From: a virus
Taxonomy: Duplodnaviria > Caudoviricetes
IMG/VR virus record: IMGVR_UViG_3300042445_000578
Location: 1-57,503 of that record
Length of the DNA stretch: 57,503 bases
Reading direction: 5' to 3' (one strand)
Positions within the stretch are counted from its first letter, which is position 1. Each line of letters starts with the position of its first letter. Shown here one piece after another: positions 53,937-57,503 of the stretch. The translations under genes and the position numbers were made by a program. The notes under the pieces were generated by a model. It was given only the letters and a program-made list of their open reading frames with translations. It had not been told where the DNA came from and did not search any database.

Positions 53937-55067
53937 TTAACGTGCTGACTGTCTTTCTTCCATTTGTGATATTAATAAACCAACCTTACTTGTTGAAACA
54001 AATCCACTACTAATTTCATCTTCATCAGCCTCAACAGATGACACATTAAAATCTGCTGTAGCCAATCCCTGAAACTCAGGAGCAGTAACTAAACATTTGT
54101 AACCTTTCCAAGTAAAATCATTCATTCCTCTTATGTGTTCTTTAACGATTGTTGTTTTGTTTTCGTATTTCCTTTCGTGTTGTTTTACAAAGTGGATAAT
54201 CTTTTTCTTCTGACCAGTAGGCGTTACAGCAGTCTTATCCCTATCTGAAAAGTATTTTTTAGTTAGAGATTTATCAATAGAAAATGTCACCCTATCTCCA
54301 CTATGCTTTACTGCAACACTCCAACTATTTTTTCTGTTAACCCAAAAATCAAACATGTTCTTAAATAAAGCCTTTAATAAAGTTGTTGGCTCATACTCAT
54401 CTTTGACCCAATCTGTAATGAGATCAGGATTAGAAAATACTGGTTTTTTGTAGCTTTGGTGTTTGTTCTTACCTTTTGTAATTTGAACGGTGTCAAACCT
54501 ATGCTCTTTGCATACATCTATTTCTCCGTTCTTTTTAACAACAATCCAAGCCGCTATCCAATATAAATGACCACTCATCCTGTAGGCCAAACCAACCTTA
54601 TAAATAGTTCCAGTCTTCTTTTCTGTATACCAAGGTAATGACTTTACTTTTATGCCAAACATGAAGTCAGGAGATAGCGTTTTTGATTCATCATCTTTTT
54701 CTTTATTTCCAAGAACTGACACAAGCATCATTGACGGCATTGTTTTTGATGTATCAATCAACATATTATCGTTTGTAATGTCAATTATTCCTGTTGATGG
54801 CACATAAGAACCTAGCTTTTTAAGTCCCAATACTTCATCTTGATGGAGCCAGCTTCCATGTTTACCAAACTTAAACTTGTAAGCGTTAAAAGTTTCCTCA
54901 ATATCATCCAATAACTCGCTAAGTGTTTTTGGAACATCATCTTTGGAATCAGACGTATCTTCTATTTCATCAATAATTTGTGGCTCAGGAACAATCAGCT
55001 CTGGGTTTTTAAACCAACTGAGGATTGTAAGTAATGCACCACCAATTTTTTCCATCACTTGACTCAT
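53937..55067 (-). CDS. Hypothetical protein
   Basis: ~376 aa; IIHFVK.HER....T.VKEH.RG motif; AT-richer than neighbours. Confidence 0.6.
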   Translation of the reverse strand: MSQVMEKIGGALLTILSWFKNPELIVPEPQIIDEIEDTSDSKDDVPKTLSELLDDIEETFNAYKFKFGKHGSWLHQDEVLGLKKLGSYVPSTGIIDITNDNMLIDTSKTMPSMMLVSVLGNKEKDDESKTLSPDFMFGIKVKSLPWYTEKKTGTIYKVGLAYRMSGHLYWIAAWIVVKKNGEIDVCKEHRFDTVQITKGKNKHQSYKKPVFSNPDLITDWVKDEYEPTTLLKALFKNMFDFWVNRKNSWSVAVKHSGDRVTFSIDKSLTKKYFSDRDKTAVTPTGQKKKIIHFVKQHERKYENKTTIVKEHIRGMNDFTWKGYKCLVTAPEFQGLATADFNVSSVEADEDEISSGFVSTSKVGLLISQMEERQSAR

Positions 55068-55948
55068 ACCAACTCCTTTCCACTGTTGTAATCTTTCCAT
55101 TGGCTACAGAAATCCCGTACTTGGCAGAAGTTGGCGCAACGAGTACGCTCCCCTGGTCTTATTTCTATTTCATACTCATCGCTGAGTTCCTTTAGGGCTT
55201 CAATGGCATAGTCCTCTCGGTCATATACCTTCTTAGCCTTGATACCGCCCCTCTTCTTGATCGCCCAAGTGGTAGGCTTTTCCCACATCTCTGACGGAGT
55301 GCAGTCAGGTAAGTCACCATCAGTTTCCATGGCGAACTCACAAGCACTATGCAATGCCACCCTTTTAGAGATAAACTGTTCTCGCTCGTCAAACGACCAC
55401 AGTTTGATAGGGATTTCTTTGACTGGAGCTTCTGGATAACCCTCTTTCGTAGCGGCTTCTCTACGATTCCAGTCACGAATCAACCCAACGATACCTACTG
55501 AACTAACGGTCTGCTTCTTGGCACGTTCAATTAACCATGCGTAGATGTTGAGTTGCTGTTCCCACTCAATCTTCTCGTTCATCATTGCCCAAGCAGATGT
55601 AGTCTTATAGTCACGAATGTCAATCGTGCCATTAGAGTTAACGATCTGTAGGTCAATAGCTCCTGAGATGTGCCAACCGTCATGTTCCACATGGATACGC
55701 TGTTCCACCACATGGTTGCCATCCTTGCCATGCTCAAGAATGTTGTGCATTGCTGAACCGAATAGCGACCAAATCATGTCGGCTACATCCTGTTCTAGCT
55801 CTTCATCAAACTTCTTGGTCAAAGCAACGATTTTTGGGCTATTCAACAGCTGAGTCGCTGAGATATTAGCCTTACCTTTGCTGTAAGTAGGGCGTTCCAA
55901 GACATTCATGAACGTCTGTGGGATGCCATACTTATTGGTTAGTTTCAT
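55064..55948 (-). CDS. PD-(D/E)XK (Cas4/RecB-like) exonuclease
   Basis: SATQL, GSAMH, ISGAID, IRDYKTT, QLNIY, RC..FC.V..FC. Confidence 0.8.
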   Translation of the reverse strand: MKLTNKYGIPQTFMNVLERPTYSKGKANISATQLLNSPKIVALTKKFDEELEQDVADMIWSLFGSAMHNILEHGKDGNHVVEQRIHVEHDGWHISGAIDLQIVNSNGTIDIRDYKTTSAWAMMNEKIEWEQQLNIYAWLIERAKKQTVSSVGIVGLIRDWNRREAATKEGYPEAPVKEIPIKLWSFDEREQFISKRVALHSACEFAMETDGDLPDCTPSEMWEKPTTWAIKKRGGIKAKKVYDREDYAIEALKELSDEYEIEIRPGERTRCANFCQVRDFCSQWKDYNSGKELV

Positions 55949-56049
55949 TCAATTCCCCTTTCAATAAATGATTTAGCGCACCGCATGGCAACAACCACAA
56001 TGGCTACTGGCAACAATACAGCGGTAACGATACCGACAATTACTCTCAT
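55945..56049 (-). CDS. Small membrane peptide (34 aa)
   Basis: MRVIVGIVTAVLLPVAIVVVAMRCAKSFIERGIE; ATGA overlap with the exonuclease. Confidence 0.5.
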   Translation of the reverse strand: MRVIVGIVTAVLLPVAIVVVAMRCAKSFIERGIE

Positions 56050-56061
56050 TAAATTTTCCTT

Positions 56062-56109
56062 TCCTAGCAGTTGAGACTCTAGATTACTGCTTGTTTAGGG
56101 GTATGTCAA
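56062..56109 (-). promoter_or_regulatory. Sigma70 promoter with TCAACTGCTAGGA at about +1
   Basis: TTGACA (56109-56104)-N17-TAATCT (56086-56081)-N6-TCAACTGCTAGGA. Confidence 0.75.
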
Positions 56110-56136
56110 TAGGTCATACCTATTTTCTCTCAACTG

Positions 56137-56165
56137 TTGTATTCAACTCTAACAGATGTTATAGT
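56137..56165 (+). promoter_or_regulatory. rusA promoter overlapped by palindrome copy 4 (ACTCTAAC-agat-GTTATAGT, 56146-56165)
   Basis: TTGTAT-N17-TATAGT with extended -10 TG; ATG follows 5 nt later. Confidence 0.6.
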
Positions 56166-56170
56166 TTGGT

Positions 56171-56521
56171 ATGCACATTCAACTCCAACTACCATACCCA
56201 CCCTCTGTCAACCATTATTGGGGACAGTCTGGCAACCATCGGTTCATCGGCAAGAAGGGCAAAGAGTTCAGGGCTATGGTCATGGATGCGGTCAATGAGG
56301 CTGGAATACAGCCCCTAGAAGGCCGTTTAGCGGTGCATATAGCACTCTTCCCCCCAGACAAGCGTAAAAGGGACGTGGACAACGTTTTAAAGAGTTTATT
56401 AGATGCCTGCGAGCATGCTGGCTGCTATGAGAACGATAACCAGATAGATGAATTACACGTTATTCGACAGGAAATAATCAAGGGCGGGGCTTGCACAATT
56501 GTGATTCTGCCAATAAACTAG
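56171..56521 (+). CDS. rusA: Holliday junction resolvase RusA
   Basis: LPYPPSVNHYW, PPDKRKRDVDNVLKSLLD, YENDNQIDEL. Confidence 0.92.
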   Translation: MHIQLQLPYPPSVNHYWGQSGNHRFIGKKGKEFRAMVMDAVNEAGIQPLEGRLAVHIALFPPDKRKRDVDNVLKSLLDACEHAGCYENDNQIDELHVIRQEIIKGGACTIVILPIN

Positions 56522-56552
56522 CACCGTAGTCTTCCTTGTAAGTGAGAGTGTT

Positions 56553-56580
56553 AGGGGGGCGTTAAAACCCCCCTCTTTTT
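56553..56580 (+). terminator. Rho-independent terminator between convergent genes
   Basis: AGGGGGG-cgttaaaa-CCCCCCT-CTTTTT. Confidence 0.7.
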
Positions 56581-57503
56581 ACAGCCCTGCGTCTTTACGC
56601 ACCTCAAAGATTCCGTCTAACATTTCCTGCTTCATTCTAGTCAGATCGTTAATCTCTTTGCGTCTTTCTTCTGAACTCATGCTCTTATCAAAAGTCCTAC
56701 CAAGTCTACGAATCTCTTTATTGATGCCTTTTAGTTCTTCATCCAAGCTGAGGATGTAGCCATGGGCTTCAATTAACTTCTCATTCTTCTCGTAGTATTT
56801 GTCAGCTTTCTCAAACTTCTCATCTTCCATCAAAATATTCCAAGTCTTGTATGCCTCAATTGTTTTATCTTTGAGGTCATAGTACAACTGCTCGTTAAGC
56901 TTCATTACTTCTGGAGCCACGAATGTACCAACAATTGGGTTTTGTTTAAGCTCGGATGCTACACGGCCTTCTGAGAATACAGCATTGCTGAACCATTGAG
57001 CCAACGCGCCCATTGTGCCAAACGTTCCACGGATGAAATGATCTGTTTTGACTGGGCTGATACCAGTATATTCACCAAATATCTTTGCCAACTCAGATGT
57101 AGTGGCGTTGTATTGCTCTGATGACTCTACATCAGCTAAGCTCTTTGGAACCACTGTGCCGCCTGTGAAGAAGTTTCTATCCAAGAAAATTTCTAAAGAT
57201 GGTTTCGCACCAGTTGGGATTGGCGTTGGACCAAGCACTGAATCAACAAAAGCCTTGAGCCAAGCGTCTACTGCTCTGGTGGTATCAATCTCCTGCTCTG
57301 TGCCGTATTTGCGTGCATAGTTAATAATCATCTCAGGAGTTACCTTAAAGAAGAACGCAGCAGAGTTGTTCAAAGGTATCAATACATGCTTACCAGTAGC
57401 CTTCTTAGAGAACGGTACATAGAAGTTTCTAGCCTTCGTAGCATCATCTAGCTCGTCATAATCAGGATCTAGGGCAGCCAATAACGTATAGGCAATAGCT
57501 AAG
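56579..57503 (-). CDS. C-terminal part of a large virion protein (LPD38-like region), 5' end outside the window
   Basis: Frame open to the right edge; RNFFTG..VVP, TSELAK..G..TGISP.K.DH.IRG.FG.MG motifs. Confidence 0.65.
   Translation of the reverse strand, partial: LAIAYTLLAALDPDYDELDDATKARNFYVPFSKKATGKHVLIPLNNSAAFFFKVTPEMIINYARKYGTEQEIDTTRAVDAWLKAFVDSVLGPTPIPTGAKPSLEIFLDRNFFTGGTVVPKSLADVESSEQYNATTSELAKIFGEYTGISPVKTDHFIRGTFGTMGALAQWFSNAVFSEGRVASELKQNPIVGTFVAPEVMKLNEQLYYDLKDKTIEAYKTWNILMEDEKFEKADKYYEKNEKLIEAHGYILSLDEELKGINKEIRRLGRTFDKSMSSEERRKEINDLTRMKQEMLDGIFEVRKDAGL

Noticed and set aside
55064-55948. Cas4-like nuclease as evidence of a CRISPR system
   Set aside because: No repeat-spacer array or other cas genes; it sits near ERF as a typical recombination exonuclease
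1-57503. tRNA genes, integrase/att site, DNA polymerase, stop-codon reassignment, host identity
   Set aside because: None recognisable by eye; genes are intact in the standard code; the host cannot be assigned from sequence alone beyond sigma70-type promoters and a gene set suggestive of a Gram-negative host

Overview
This window is most of the genome of a tailed dsDNA bacteriophage (Caudoviricetes, podovirus-like gene set, no tape measure gene seen). It is opened inside one very large virion-protein gene whose N-terminal part is at 1-2489 and whose probable C-terminal part is at 56579-57503. Minus strand 36288->1 is the morphogenesis operon: terminases, portal, GroES-like protein, scaffold, major capsid, small basic head proteins, adaptor/tail tubular proteins, two tail-fibre/adhesin modules, a ThyX and cupin cassette, holin and GH24 lysozyme, and internal virion proteins. 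Plus strand 36649-43227 is a cluster of small, mostly acidic early genes. Minus strand 56049->43193 is the recombination/replication arm: PD-(D/E)XK nuclease, ERF, glycosyltransferases, DUF1364-like nuclease, ParB-like protein, SF2 helicase and TOPRIM primase; rusA is divergent. I saw no integrase, DNA polymerase, tRNA or CRISPR array. The most notable signal is non-coding. (1) Two complete type I hammerhead ribozymes sit at stop codons in the early operon (37139-37191, 37882-37948). (2) A promoter- and terminator-bounded ~125-nt ORF-less RNA (~47984->47860) carries UCCUAGCAGUUGA, antisense to a CAACTGCTAG(GA) element found at four predicted transcript 5' ends or RBSs, one of them created by ribozyme cleavage; it also carries CCUCC and CCCCU anti-Shine-Dalgarno tracts. 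(3) Four dispersed 20-bp palindromes ACTCTAAC-N4-GTTAGAGT. (4) Two structured leaders. Items 1 and 2 suggest a ribozyme-plus-antisense-RNA regulatory circuit. Protein calls come from motif recognition and synteny by eye, not database searches.
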